Source: an uncultured Nitrososphaerales archaeon | GTDB taxonomy: Archaea > Thermoproteota > Nitrososphaeria > Nitrososphaerales > Nitrososphaeraceae | NCBI GenBank assembly: GCA_963713605.1 | Contig: CAVQMO010000001.1 | Location: 352,001 to 416,000 of the forward strand | Reading direction: 5' to 3' | Length of the DNA: 64,000 bases | Part shown: in pieces, positions 12,447 to 23,973 of the stretch | Layout: the number at the start of each line of letters is the position of its first letter | Position numbering within the stretch: position 1 is the first letter of the stretch | Program-made: the position numbers and the translations under genes | The notes under the pieces: model-generated | Database searches by the model: none | The model's input: only the letters and a program-made list of their open reading frames with translations | What the model was told of the DNA's origin: nothing

Positions 12447-12696
12447 ATCCGCGTCTTTAGTGATTAACGGGCTGTTCCTTTATTTATCTTATGATTAACA
12501 TAGTTATTTAATCCGTCATATACGTATGCATTAGTTCTATTCTGCATGATATAGGGTCAATTGAGATGATGGACACTAGTGAATTTGCGAAGATTGCTCC
12601 GATCTAATTCTGTTGGTTGTCATCAGTGTCGGTCAAGAAATAAAAATTGCATAAAGCCTTTTTTAGACACCTCTCGCTAACCTTAAGTGCAATTGC

Positions 12697-13389
12697 ATGG
12701 AGGGAAAAATTCTCCTATTCGGAATTCTTTTTTTGTGCTTCATGTCTTCTACGACTCTTGACTTATACTCTGCTTCCCAAAATAATCTTGAAATAAATCA
12801 TGTTTCCAACTATGTGGATGAAAATAAAATCATGCATGTCCTTGGGGAATTGAAGAACATTGGTAACAAAGCTATGACGAATGTTACCATTGGGGCTACA
12901 TTTTTTGATTCAGAAGGCAAAATCATAAATGAATACAAGAGATCTGCTGAATTAAGAACCGTTAATCCCGGTTTTGTGACCCCTTTTGAAATTCTTTTCA
13001 TTGACCAGAAGACCGTCGATAAGGTAAATGACTTAAAACTACATGTAAATGGAACAGAAGCCGAACCTCAGCCTGTAAATCTCCAAATTAAGGTAGACTC
13101 ATCCAGACAAGATATTTTAGGCTTCTATTATATCAGCGGTGTCATATTCAATTCTGGACCAGCTAGTGCCAATAACTCAATTGCTATTGCCACGCTCTAC
13201 GATACGGGTGGTCGGGTTATAGCTATAGGAAGGGGCCTAGCCGAACCAAAAGATATCTCAAGCGATACTGGCGCAAGTTTCGGTTTGGCCATATTAGATA
13301 AACTTCAAACACCTAAAGGAAAAAGTTATTCGGTTGTAGCAGATTCAGATTCGTATGTTTCGAATCCAGCCATCGCTAAAGAAAAGTAG
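12697..13389 (+). CDS. Secreted FxLYD-domain protein (two repeats)
   Basis: Signal peptide, then GELKN...ATFFDSEG and GVIFN...ATLYDTGG repeats. Confidence 0.8.
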   Translation: MEGKILLFGILFLCFMSSTTLDLYSASQNNLEINHVSNYVDENKIMHVLGELKNIGNKAMTNVTIGATFFDSEGKIINEYKRSAELRTVNPGFVTPFEILFIDQKTVDKVNDLKLHVNGTEAEPQPVNLQIKVDSSRQDILGFYYISGVIFNSGPASANNSIAIATLYDTGGRVIAIGRGLAEPKDISSDTGASFGLAILDKLQTPKGKSYSVVADSDSYVSNPAIAKEK

Positions 13390-13456
13390 ATAGTAGTCAA
13401 TAATTGATGTAAATGTAATCGTATTTCAGAATTTCACATTGAATCCGGAAACAAAT

Positions 13457-13939
13457 CTATACAAGCTTATCATCATAGTTACCTTTGGACATCTCAGTGA
13501 ACGCATCTTTAGGAATTTTTCCATCTACTTTTACACCCATACTTAAACAGGTCCCGATTACTTCCTTAGCGACTCCTTTGATGTCAATCGCATAGGAACT
13601 GTCGACTTTCATCTTTGCTATTTTCACAACCTTTTCTATTGGCAAATCTCCCACATAGTCGCTTCCCGAAGTACCAGACCCCTTGCTAAACCCACCTTCT
13701 TTTGCAATGAGGGCTGCAGTCGGAGGTATACCTACTTCTACGGTGAACTGCTTCGTTTCAGTGTCAACTTCGACTTTGACAGGTACCTTCATGCCAGGAA
13801 AGTCTCGAGTCTTTTCATTAATGGTATTTACAACTTGTAATACGTTAACACCAATCGGGCCTAAGGAAGGACCCAGAGGAGGACCTGCGCTAGCTTCTCC
13901 ACCGCTTACAAGAGCCGAAATACTTTTCTTTTCTCCCAT
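13457..13939 (-). CDS. rpl11: 50S ribosomal protein uL11
   Basis: GGEASAGPPLGPSLGP, GIPPTAALI and GTCLSMGV motifs. Confidence 0.97.
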   Translation of the reverse strand: MGEKKSISALVSGGEASAGPPLGPSLGPIGVNVLQVVNTINEKTRDFPGMKVPVKVEVDTETKQFTVEVGIPPTAALIAKEGGFSKGSGTSGSDYVGDLPIEKVVKIAKMKVDSSYAIDIKGVAKEVIGTCLSMGVKVDGKIPKDAFTEMSKGNYDDKLV

Positions 13940-14048
13940 ACACCGGAACAAAAGGACATACCTGGATATAAATTAAATATGCTACTTCAACTGACTATAT
14001 ATTCAATCGGAATTCTGGACAATTGATCTTATTTGGAGCCTCTTTATC

Positions 14049-14711
14049 CTACTGAACCAATTTGCGGAGATAGTTTGCATCAACGGTTACTGGAATTTGA
14101 TATGGTGAATCGAGGAGAACTACCGTTGCCTCCTGTTTCTCGTAGTCGACTCTGATTACTTTTGCTTTCATCGATTTGAATGGTCCGGCTACCACCTCAA
14201 CCATATTATCTATGCTCAGATCAGTTACCACAGGTTTCTTCACCAGATAGCCCTCTATATCCTTAAAAGGCAATTCCCCACGTATTTGTCCGCGTACATG
14301 TCGTACTCCGCTCAGTGCTTCGTATGCTACATTTGCATCAGGTGCCTCGACTATAATGTAGCCCTTGAAGTTCTCTAACGCCAAAATCGAAAAAATCTTC
14401 AATTTCTTTGTAGTAATTTTTGTGTGCAAAATGTTGGCGACAACTCGTTCCTGGCCACCTGTTATCCTGATAGCAAAAAATTTGGACTTTGTGACATCTC
14501 CTGTTGCTTGCTCGTTGGTCTTATCGGTAGGTTCGGCTATGTTTGATTCGTTTATTGTATTGCTTTCCTGCATACTGCTAGGTGTTTCATCCCCAAAGCC
14601 CGAGGCGGTGCTTTCTAGATTGATGTCTTCGGATACATTCGTAGAATTACCACTACCTTCCAGATTATCCTTTTCTATATTACGATTAATGTCAAGTAAT
14701 TTAGCATCCAT
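14049..14711 (-). CDS. spt5: Transcription elongation factor Spt5 (NusG) with N-terminal acidic extension
   Basis: NGN domain (FAIRITGGQE...KGYIIVEA) and KOW motif (VEVVAGPFK); upstream of rpl11. Confidence 0.95.
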   Translation of the reverse strand: MDAKLLDINRNIEKDNLEGSGNSTNVSEDINLESTASGFGDETPSSMQESNTINESNIAEPTDKTNEQATGDVTKSKFFAIRITGGQERVVANILHTKITTKKLKIFSILALENFKGYIIVEAPDANVAYEALSGVRHVRGQIRGELPFKDIEGYLVKKPVVTDLSIDNMVEVVAGPFKSMKAKVIRVDYEKQEATVVLLDSPYQIPVTVDANYLRKLVQ

Positions 14712-14906
14712 TTAGCGAATGTATCTACGATATATTATTGCATTTTATAAATTTACGTCGCATAATGCTGGTGCAGATTTGTCAATATTGAGCCTATAAA
14801 TTCTAAATTCTCAATTCATTGATGCAAATTAAGCTCAGGACTAAATAACCAACCATTAGGTGAAGGTTGAGAGCCAATTTATAGTAGGCCCTTTCCCACC
14901 CTCCTC

Positions 14907-15725
14907 GTGGAAGAAAATATCGCCCTAATTGCATCCTTAAAGGATGAAGCGGGTATGAACATGGTAAATTTCTTGACATCTACGAAGGATTTTCGGATTA
15001 CAAGCAGCGATCCATCGGTCTATGAATCATACAAATATCGGAACGTCAAACTCTACGTAACAAAAAAGGATCTACTCTTCCTCGAGGATTACAACGTTAA
15101 CGAGAGAACAACTTCATTTGTCTTTCTTTCAAGACACAGGTCAGCAAGCGGAATAGCCTCCCTTACCTGTCATTCGACGGGTAACTTTTCTCAAGATACT
15201 TTGTACGGTGGTAAGCCAAATGAACTGGGAATGGCTAATCCTACAATGTTGAAAGCTTATTTTAATGAACTGTATAGAAATCGAAATTCCGTGCCTGATT
15301 ATCAAATTACTCTCGAGGCCACACATCATGGGCCTACATCTCTCAAAGGATCCATCATTTTTGTCGAAATCGGTTCTGGACCAGTACAGTGGAAGGACTC
15401 GAATGCCGCCCGAATAGTTTGCAATTGCATTTTAGAGGTTTCACCCATGCATGTAAAAGGTCTTAATAGAGTAGCCCTGGCTCTAGGTGGAACGCATTAT
15501 CCCGAAAAATTGAACAAGATACTTCATGAGACAGATTTTTCTGTAGCATACATTGCGACAAAGAATAACTTGCAGTATATTGACGACAGGATGATTCAGC
15601 AAATGATGGTCAGGAGCACGGAAAGGGTAACACATGTTCTATTGGATTGGAAGGGACTGGGGAAACACAAGAATAGGATTTTGGATATCATTGAGAAGAC
15701 TGATCTGGAAGTAGTCAGAATATAA
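14907..15725 (+). CDS. dtdA: D-aminoacyl-tRNA deacylase (archaeal DTD2/DtdA)
   Basis: FLSRHRS, LTCHSTGN, LEATHHGPT, FVEIGS and GGTHYP motifs. Confidence 0.93.
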   Translation: MEENIALIASLKDEAGMNMVNFLTSTKDFRITSSDPSVYESYKYRNVKLYVTKKDLLFLEDYNVNERTTSFVFLSRHRSASGIASLTCHSTGNFSQDTLYGGKPNELGMANPTMLKAYFNELYRNRNSVPDYQITLEATHHGPTSLKGSIIFVEIGSGPVQWKDSNAARIVCNCILEVSPMHVKGLNRVALALGGTHYPEKLNKILHETDFSVAYIATKNNLQYIDDRMIQQMMVRSTERVTHVLLDWKGLGKHKNRILDIIEKTDLEVVRI

Positions 15726-15859
15726 TTGAGCCAATTTCGATTCTTTTTGAATATCAGCCCCAGACCATATCAAGATCCAAACAAATCCTAGATGAGGGCG
15801 CGGCGACGATAGCTTTCGCATATTCTAATGGTCCAACTCATTGATAAATAGGTTCGAAT

Positions 15860-16339
15860 GTGCTAGTGCTCGACAATGTTATTAGTCGTGTCTCTGAAGT
15901 TGATATAAGGATGCCAAACCTCACAGGGATCGATGTAGTAACTGCATTCTTGGAATCTGATGGTCAAATATTAATCCTTAGGCGAAGCAATAGTGTGAGA
16001 ACTATGAAGGAAAAATGGGGAGCTGTGAGTGGCTATTTAGAAAATAACGATCCGCTTAGACAAGCCATTATAGAGATCTACGAAGAAACAGGTTTGGATA
16101 GCAGCAAAATACAACTAGTGAGATCAGGCGATTTACTTCTTGCAATCGACCCTGAAAATCCAGGTACCTCATATAATATCCATCCATACCTCTTTCAGTC
16201 AAAAAGCAGGAATGTAACGCTCAGCAGAGAACATGATCGATTTAAATGGATAACCATGAATGAACTTTGGAGATATGACAGTGTTCCGAAGTTGAAAGAG
16301 GCCTATGAGAGTGTGGCAGGATCATTGCATGCCACATGA
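15860..16339 (+). CDS. NUDIX hydrolase
   Basis: Nudix box variant GYLENNDPLRQAIIEIYEETGL. The start may be the ATG at 15911. Confidence 0.88.
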   Translation: MLVLDNVISRVSEVDIRMPNLTGIDVVTAFLESDGQILILRRSNSVRTMKEKWGAVSGYLENNDPLRQAIIEIYEETGLDSSKIQLVRSGDLLLAIDPENPGTSYNIHPYLFQSKSRNVTLSREHDRFKWITMNELWRYDSVPKLKEAYESVAGSLHAT

Positions 16340-16454
16340 TTTTATGAACAAAGCATTAAGTCTGGTTATAATTCTTATTCATACTGTTGTCCAAATGAAG
16401 TGAAGAATTGGCACTGGTAATGATCTCCGTTCAGTTAAAGTTAAACGCGGGTCT

Positions 16455-17648
16455 TCAACCTTGGATTCCGCATGAATTCGGCCCCGCTTCTAAATCGTCT
16501 AGATGCAAGTTATTGCAAAGTAGCAGATCTTTGTTTAGCCGCAATATTCTCTTATAATTCATGGGTTGAGGAGGTATGCTAGATGCCACATAACTAATGA
16601 ATTCGTCTTCATCCATTCTAAGTGCCTTTATATTTGCCTTTATTTCTCCGATCGTCTTGAAAATGGGATCTTCGTGCTTCATACTCTTGCTGTAATGGGA
16701 GGGCAATACTATTGCGTCGTCACGTAATGACGCGAGCTTCTTGTAGGTAAGAAAAAGAGTTCGGGAAAATTCATCGATCTTATCATGCAGATCAGGTCTT
16801 CCGATCCCATCAACAAAGAGTGTATCCCCGCTAAAGAGAAATGTTTCTTTCTTGCCATGTTCGTTCCCACTCGATGGGGTTTCTAATTTGAAAGACATAC
16901 TCCCAGCTGTATGTCCGGGTGTATGGATTACGTCAAGAGATAGACCACTAGAGATTTCTATACTCTGGCCATCATCAAGGAGGGTCATGATGTCTAATCC
17001 GTTCGTATTAATTTGTTCTGTTTCATATTCTTCCAGAGGGCTAAGATAGAGAATGGCACCAGTTTCTTTAGCGATAGTCATCGAAGCAGACAAGTGATCT
17101 GCGTGTCTATGTGTTTCGATTAGAGCCTTGATTCGAAGGTTACTCTTTTTTGCAATCTCATAAATTGAAGCCGCGGAACTACATGGCGGATCGATTACAA
17201 CTGCATCATTAAAATAAGAAATCAAATAGGTCATGCAACCCTTTGAAATTCGTCTTATCTGCCAGATCTTCAAGTTGGGATCTGTTAGACATGGTATTAA
17301 TGCCAGATCATTTATTTTATTCCAAGCAACCATCCCTCCTCTTATACTCTTTGCGTTGTATCCGAGTTGAGCGAGGTATTCTGCAGCCATCTTTGATCTC
17401 ATACCATGAGAACAAACTGTGATCACCTCTCTATCTTTGGGGATATTTTTGATTTGTTCTTCGGATGATAATTTGTCCAAAGGTACTAGAGAGGGCTCTA
17501 GATGTTTATCGTAACTAATCTTCCAGGCCTTGTATTCCTCAGGGGTCCGAACGTCCAAAATGTACAAATTTTCACCAACATCCATCTTGTACTTCAAATC
17601 GGAGGGTTCTATTTCAATCGTACCGAAGTGAGAGCGCTTATCTGTCAA
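16455..17648 (-). CDS. Rhodanese + metallo-beta-lactamase-fold fusion (persulfide dioxygenase-like)
   Basis: LDVRTPEEY and VCSHGMRS (rhodanese); THRHADH, HTPGHT, SGDTLF, GRPDL and LPSH (MBL fold). Confidence 0.9.
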   Translation of the reverse strand: MTDKRSHFGTIEIEPSDLKYKMDVGENLYILDVRTPEEYKAWKISYDKHLEPSLVPLDKLSSEEQIKNIPKDREVITVCSHGMRSKMAAEYLAQLGYNAKSIRGGMVAWNKINDLALIPCLTDPNLKIWQIRRISKGCMTYLISYFNDAVVIDPPCSSAASIYEIAKKSNLRIKALIETHRHADHLSASMTIAKETGAILYLSPLEEYETEQINTNGLDIMTLLDDGQSIEISSGLSLDVIHTPGHTAGSMSFKLETPSSGNEHGKKETFLFSGDTLFVDGIGRPDLHDKIDEFSRTLFLTYKKLASLRDDAIVLPSHYSKSMKHEDPIFKTIGEIKANIKALRMDEDEFISYVASSIPPQPMNYKRILRLNKDLLLCNNLHLDDLEAGPNSCGIQG

Positions 17649-18040
17649 TCGTGAGGCTCAATCATACTTCAGCCTTGCGCATAATAAAATGGTTTGTGTG
17701 AAAACATCTATTGCAGATAAACGATTCACAGTTTAAAGCTAGACATCAGTTGGAGATAATAGATTACAGTCAACATCAAATCGGTATATCATAAAGGAAT
17801 AGCAAGCAACTACCACCCATTTACCTTGTGACTGATTGACTAACTCCAAATGCAATCACCAAGCCTACAGGTTAGCTTTATTGTGCATTCAGAATGAGTC
17901 TAATTCTGGCGATGAATAACATCATTTTATACAAACAGCTTAATAAAAGCGTCATCAAAAAATATATTGCCATTTGTCTTGTTATTTAGCAGTAATCGTT
18001 TAGAGCTACCTTAAATATTACCATATATACTATACTTATT

Positions 18041-18235
18041 ATGGAGACAAATATGAATAATTCCCTAAGATTGGTGGCAATAGCTGTATTCTCAGTATTG
18101 GCATTCGCTGTGACGGGACTTACATCATGGAGTTTCTTGAGTGAGTCGTCAGTGATTGCACAGAACGACACTGTAGTTAATGAAACTATGCTATATACAA
18201 ACCAGACTGAAATGGCTCCAGAGACTAAACGCTGA
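18041..18235 (+). CDS. Small secreted or membrane-anchored protein (may extend to 18302 across a frameshift)
   Basis: Signal-peptide-like N-terminus and NxT sequons. Confidence 0.6.
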   Translation: METNMNNSLRLVAIAVFSVLAFAVTGLTSWSFLSESSVIAQNDTVVNETMLYTNQTEMAPETKR

Positions 18236-18950
18236 TTTAGAATCAACCACAAGAAATAGAGAAAGAATGCTTTCGGATGCTGTTGTTAACACTTTGTATT
18301 GAAGAGGTTATAGATAAAATGCAACTTCAATAAACATCATCATCGTTTGATGCAGAATAAACCTAACCCGCAGTCGGTTCGCTTGCTCTGATGCGTAACT
18401 GTCATTCCTGGCGTCGTATTAATAACTCTTCACCTAATGAATCAGTGCGATCATCATGACATAGTTAAAGACATCCTCGAGATAGTCAATACCAATCAGC
18501 TTCTTTTTCGAACTCGACGAAGTCAAACCAACATTGGGCAGGATGCTAAACTGACCTATAAGCAAACCGTCAAATCCCAAAGGTTAGTCGACACTGGACT
18601 GTTCATTCTGACTGATCTCATCCGTATTACTAACTGACCAAGGAAGGGCGCCGATGTTGCAACTTTTCAGCGGGTTAGAAGACGATCCTCGCCATGTCGT
18701 TCATGAATAAATGCTCTTTAACGTATGGGTTCAAATTAATGGTTTTGCAGTTGCTGCTATTCAATATGACAATGAATTTCTCTGAGGAAGGTGGCGATAA
18801 GGTAACCTCTTCCAATACGATGCCTTCATGAGTAATCCAAGGCAGGTTGCTTTCTTCATCATTAATCTTGCATGCGGCCGTTTATGTTAATCCTTCAGTG
18901 CAAAATAAATAATTGGTTTATATTCACCGAACGCATTATTTCTATTCTAA

Positions 18951-19274
18951 ATGGTAATCGCGACTTCCAAACAAATGTGGGAGAATGACGTTTTGAAATC
19001 ATCTACTCCAGTGCTCGTCGACTTTTGGGCAGAGTGGTGTGGTCCGTGTAGAATGGTTAGTCCTATTCTCGAAAAGCTAGGTGAAACAATGTCAGATGAA
19101 ATCAAAATAGTTAAACTGAACGTGGATGAAAATCAAGAGCTCGCTTTGAACTACGGGATTAGGTCAATTCCATCTCTTTTGATCTTTAGAGAAGGAAAAG
19201 AGATAGCTCGGACTGTCGGTGCTGCTACAGAACAGGCCTATGAAAAGTTTGTGAAGACCTCTCTCTCAAATTAG
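18951..19274 (+). CDS. trxA: Thioredoxin
   Basis: VDFWAEWCGPC active site and the cis-Pro loop SIP. Confidence 0.97.
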   Translation: MVIATSKQMWENDVLKSSTPVLVDFWAEWCGPCRMVSPILEKLGETMSDEIKIVKLNVDENQELALNYGIRSIPSLLIFREGKEIARTVGAATEQAYEKFVKTSLSN

Positions 19275-19477
19275 AGAAGTTCATCAGTTGACAGCAGACT
19301 CATAAAGCTCATTGAATTTTTTTCCATCTTTATTGATGATTGATTCTCAATCCAAGGCAATTGTGGAAGGCCCCTACATTTAAGCCACTGTGTCTCAAAC
19401 GAAAAATAATATTCTTCTGAGTTAACGATTTCTGCAATCAAAATATTTAAGTAGGATTTCTCTTTCATTTAGAAATA

Positions 19478-19840
19478 ATGTACAAGAAAGCTACTGTCGT
19501 AGGAACACTGTCGGCTATATTCACATTATCGGCAATCATGTTGAACACCCCATATTTGAATACAGCATATGCTCAAGCCCAGGAAGGTCCACCTGGTGAA
19601 GCAGGGGTTACAAATGAACCAGAATCTAATTTTACAGCATGCACGGGGTTAGGAGGATGTAACCAAACACAACCAGAGACAGCCACGGAACTTGAAGAAT
19701 ACGCTGGAAGCGATCAGGCTATTTTGGCAAATGACACTGACATAAGTAATCCTAACAACACCGCGCTAGATGCTACAGGCGTTAATGAAAGAGAGGATTG
19801 CATGCAAATTCCCGGAAACACTGCCGAAGACTGTCCTTAA
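19478..19840 (+). CDS. Secreted acidic protein with two Cys pairs
   Basis: Signal peptide ending AYAQ; CTGLGGC and CMQIPGNTAEDC. Confidence 0.75.
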   Translation: MYKKATVVGTLSAIFTLSAIMLNTPYLNTAYAQAQEGPPGEAGVTNEPESNFTACTGLGGCNQTQPETATELEEYAGSDQAILANDTDISNPNNTALDATGVNEREDCMQIPGNTAEDCP

Positions 19841-20221
19841 TCAACATAATTCAATTCCCTATTTTTTGCTATTAAAGTTTAAAGTAGATCTACTCTTTTG
19901 ACAGAGAATTAGTTTTACTCCATATTTTTTTTCAATCATCGCCGTGGGAATGGTAATTGAATAGTCAATAGCTCATTAAATAATTCAATTCGATATCTCT
20001 AACACTTCAGAGGTTGCATAAGAGATGTTTCAATACTTCAACATTTAGTTTCATTAAATTATTCCCTTAGGCTATTGAGAGTAAAAGTTACGTTTTCATC
20101 GGAATGTGCATCTTTGACTAATGCCGTATTATCAATAGGACTTGTCGAGACATTCTCCACAACTGAAGGGCCTCATCATGACTTTTAAGTGGCTTCAACC
20201 GTAATGATGACTGAATAATTA

Positions 20222-20977
20222 GTGAAGGGCGGAAGGAAGCACAAGAGTGAGAAAAGAAGGGTAAATAGGAAAGCTCTGATTGTTGGGGTTGCGCTTGCTT
20301 TCATAATGGTAGGGGGTGCTGTAGTCGCTGTTCTCATGAACTCCCCTCCTACTAGATCAGGTGAAAGTAATAATAACGAAATCATTCAGCGAATAGTTGC
20401 CCCTATCTCTGAGAATGTGCCAGTACTTGCCTCTGAAGGTGGGTCCTCCAATGTAACGATAGTGGAATTCGGTGATTATCAGTGCCAATATTGCGCAAGA
20501 TTTCATAATGAGACAAAGGATCAAATTATAAACAATTTCGTAGATACAGGCAAACTTAGTTTCGTTTTCAAAGACTTTGTGATTAATGATCTTCCATCTG
20601 ACCGTGCGTCAACGTTGGCAGCTGAGGCTTCTTATTGTGCTGCAGACCAAGGCAAATATTGGCAGTACCATGACGAACTTTACGATCATTCCCGCGGAGA
20701 AAATACAGGTTGGGTGACCGAGGATAGTTTGAAGCAGTTTGCAACTAGAATCGGAATCCCGAACCTCACAGTGTTTTCTGAATGCCTTGAGAACCATACC
20801 CATCGGGATTTAGTCGAAGCAAATACACAGCTTGCCAATGGCATTGGGCTTAGGTCGACACCGTCGTTTGTAATAATTTCTAACGAGACGGTGCCGATTG
20901 CTATAGAAGGTGCACAACCATATACCGTGTTCAAACAGGCCATTGATGATGTCTTGGCTAACGTGTCGAGGACTTAA
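20222..20977 (+). CDS. DsbA-family thiol-disulfide oxidoreductase, membrane anchored
   Basis: EFGDYQCQYC, AADQGKYWQYHD, STPSF and GAQPY motifs; N-terminal TM helix. Confidence 0.92.
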   Translation: MKGGRKHKSEKRRVNRKALIVGVALAFIMVGGAVVAVLMNSPPTRSGESNNNEIIQRIVAPISENVPVLASEGGSSNVTIVEFGDYQCQYCARFHNETKDQIINNFVDTGKLSFVFKDFVINDLPSDRASTLAAEASYCAADQGKYWQYHDELYDHSRGENTGWVTEDSLKQFATRIGIPNLTVFSECLENHTHRDLVEANTQLANGIGLRSTPSFVIISNETVPIAIEGAQPYTVFKQAIDDVLANVSRT

Positions 20978-21248
20978 ACTGTGGCTCTACGGTGCCGAAC
21001 AGGATATTGTTAATCATATTTGGTCATGCCTCAAGCCCTAGACTGTTTTCTCAATTTTGATCAATTATACAAAGCCCGATCAAATCAAAAAGGTTAAACG
21101 AAAGTTTTCAGAGAATTCGAAAAACCATGTTAGCATTACCTGTCCCAATCCATTTTGCCTACTACTGCAATTGGCCAAGCCACTTGGGTCGTGTTGTGTC
21201 TCCTCATAACCTCTTAATTAGGAGGACATTCTGGAACGCTGCCGTTCA

Positions 21249-21479
21249 TCACCTGTCAGAACGCTTGTTCCTAGGGTTATGTGAATTCTGCGACTTTTGT
21301 CGACCTCCTCGACCATATGTAAAGTATTTAAAGGCGAAGAATGCTGCCATGATATAATTTGCTATTCCCAATGCAAAGAAAACGAAGGAAGATAGAAATG
21401 CAGACTCAACTATGCCAAAGGTACCTACTGCCGCAGCTAGCCCCATGAAAACAATGAGTTGATTTTTGTATACTACCAA
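21249..21479 (-). CDS. Small two-TM membrane protein
   Basis: Two hydrophobic helices and a basic tail. Confidence 0.6.
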   Translation of the reverse strand: MVVYKNQLIVFMGLAAAVGTFGIVESAFLSSFVFFALGIANYIMAAFFAFKYFTYGRGGRQKSQNSHNPRNKRSDR

Positions 21480-21876
21480 ATGCCAGATACTGTAGTCTGA
21501 GCAGTGATATGTTAGTTATGAATTTTGTTCTTGAGACTTTTGTGGAACGTAAGCGATGCAAATCTATTCTTCCATTACCTCTTTTTAGTAACCCGCTGGT
21601 GGCCAAGTTGATAGATCAGAAATGACTTGCTCCCCTTCATCGTAATGAGTCAGTTTTTAGATAAAAAATGTGACGCTATGTTTAATTTTGGGGATACCCA
21701 TGCTTATCTCATCTCTGACAGTCTGAAAGAAAGCACTCTACTATATTCAAACATAACCTGATTAGTGTCAAATTATTATTATCCATTCGACTGAAGGCTA
21801 CTCAAGTAGCATACATCTATTGAAAAGCTATATCAATTCATCATTAATCCACTAATAGGGAGAATTCACATTCCTA

Positions 21877-22868
21877 TTGCAAATGGAATCTGCAAGATCC
21901 CTGACCTGTGTTTTTCTAACATTTGTATTAATCATAGTGTCAGTCATTTCAGCCAGTGATAGATCCACAGTTCAGTTCTCCTCCTCCTTCGATCAGGCTA
22001 GAGCATCATCAGAAAATGAGCTGAGCTTAACTGCGAAAATAATGAAGACCTGTGCTTGGTCGAGGCTTGCCTTGGGAGCGAGTGTTCTACTGTAGGGAAG
22101 GGATTAGGAATTTCGCAAATGCTTTCTGAAGAGATATTATTAGGCAACGATCCGATGAGAATTGGTAGTAAGGATATCTGTCAGACAAGTGATGAAAAAG
22201 AGGAAGTTAGTAATTTCAATTTTCATGCTACATCGGAAGAATCTGATGAATTAGACTCCAGCAATAATTTAGGTAAGTCGAGCCAAATCCCTGCAGCGTG
22301 GTGGGATCATTCTGGTTCTGATATTTTGATAGGTATGGACCTGGGCGTGACCAAGAAAATCTGTAATATAGACGTGCGTTTCAACGATAACGCAGAGATC
22401 GAGAACGGCTTTTCCGTGACTGTTTCAAATGGTACTGAGAGTCTTAATAGAGTAGTCAATGAATCTACAATTGGATCATTGTCTAATTCTTGGTCAACTG
22501 TCGATTTCAATAGCCTGGCCGGCAAATTCATACAACTCACAATCCCAGGCGTTTCAGAATTTTATGTCGATGATGATGACGATGATCCCGTAGTCTCTGA
22601 AATCAAAGTAAAAGCTCTCCCTTTGACCCAAACCTCTAGAAATTCAAGTGCACAGAGCAATTCCACTGACAAAATATCAAAACAAATTCCTAACAATGCC
22701 ATTGCTTCACTAGAATTGTCGCCGCTAGAGTTCTTGGATGCAGGTTCTGATCTATTGAATCCTCCAATGCTTGGCCCAGAACTTAATGGGATAAACCAAA
22801 GTTCTTTACCTGACATGTCGTCAACACCTAACTCGAATATGTACACTGGAGACATCTTTCTGCCATAG
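21877..22868 (+). CDS. Secreted protein with discoidin/F5-8C-like beta domain (frameshift near 22040)
   Basis: Signal peptide in 21877..22095. The downstream ORF has WW...IGMDLG.TKKICNIDV...GKFIQLTI...VSEIKV. Confidence 0.6.
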
Positions 22869-23163
22869 TCATAATCATAAATTGTATACTTTCAAGAATC
22901 GTAGTTGGAACCAGTTGCAATGTTGGCTTCGACAAGGTTCAATTCTGGGACAGAAGGACGAAATTGATTAGAACGCGCGGCAACTTGATAATAGTAATAG
23001 CAATTATAGGACTACAAGTTACAATATTTGCTAGTGACAACGCATTTTCGTCCAAGAGCAGCTTGCGATATATTTGATCCTAACTTGAGACTCAAGTTGT
23101 TACACATCAGGTACCTGAACTCGCACACTATCATCATTTGTATGGTCAAATCAGCAGGATTGT

Positions 23164-23704
23164 TTATCCTGTTTCTACGATCGGCGTATCTCCATTTTGG
23201 CAATCAGAAGATCCAGTAAAAGTTTGTTCTGCACTTAGAGGGTCATTGGACCTAAAATATGCTGTAATGGTTTCTTCATGGCCGCAGGAGCCACTTATTG
23301 TAATAGGACCAAATAGAGGAGGAGAACATAATGCAATCATATTTTGCTCAGCGGGACTATCTCCCATCATTTGGTAGTCGGAGACTGAAAGATTGCCGGA
23401 ATATATTGGTCCACCGAGAACTAATCCAGAACTTCCTGGATCAAAGACTATACAGCGTCCAATTTCCTCCTACCGTGCCATTAGAAGATAAAGCAGTAAA
23501 TGAAATATTTGTATTGAATGTTGAACCATCAGAACACGTCACAAGCCCCGATCCTCCTCCATGAATGAGAACAGCGCTTGCAGGTTCCTCTCCAAATTGA
23601 AAGAAAGCCTGGCATGAGAGCAAGGCAACAGAAAGTGAAAGTACACCTAATAGAGTACCATTAGAAATCCTTAACGACGTATTCATGAGTTCTATAGTTC
23701 GCAT
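23164..23704 (-). CDS. Secreted beta-rich protein (frameshift near 23445)
   Basis: Signal peptide. ORFs 23441..23704 and 23164..23370 join via FDPGSSGLVLGGPIYSGNLSVSDYQ. Confidence 0.7.
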
Positions 23705-23973
23705 TTACATATAAGTACATTCCCTGCTGATTAATTTTCAAATTCGGTGCCGTTTCGTGAAGAATCAAACAAGAAATGGGATGTATGTATTTCTGTACGG
23801 GTGGATAACAATTTTCAATATTTGGAGATTGAAGATTGATGACGTCAGTTACCGACAAATTTGAGAAAAATTGAATCTGTCAATTAATCCTGCTTTTCAA
23901 CAACCACCCACCAGTTGTATGTTATGATAGTCGTTCTTGATTGTATAAACTGTAGATTTAGATGCTGAAAGAA

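Noticed and set aside
20205..20214. C/D-box sRNA (ATGATGA followed by CTGA)
   Set aside because: The boxes are adjacent with no guide region between them, and the site lies just before the DsbA start.
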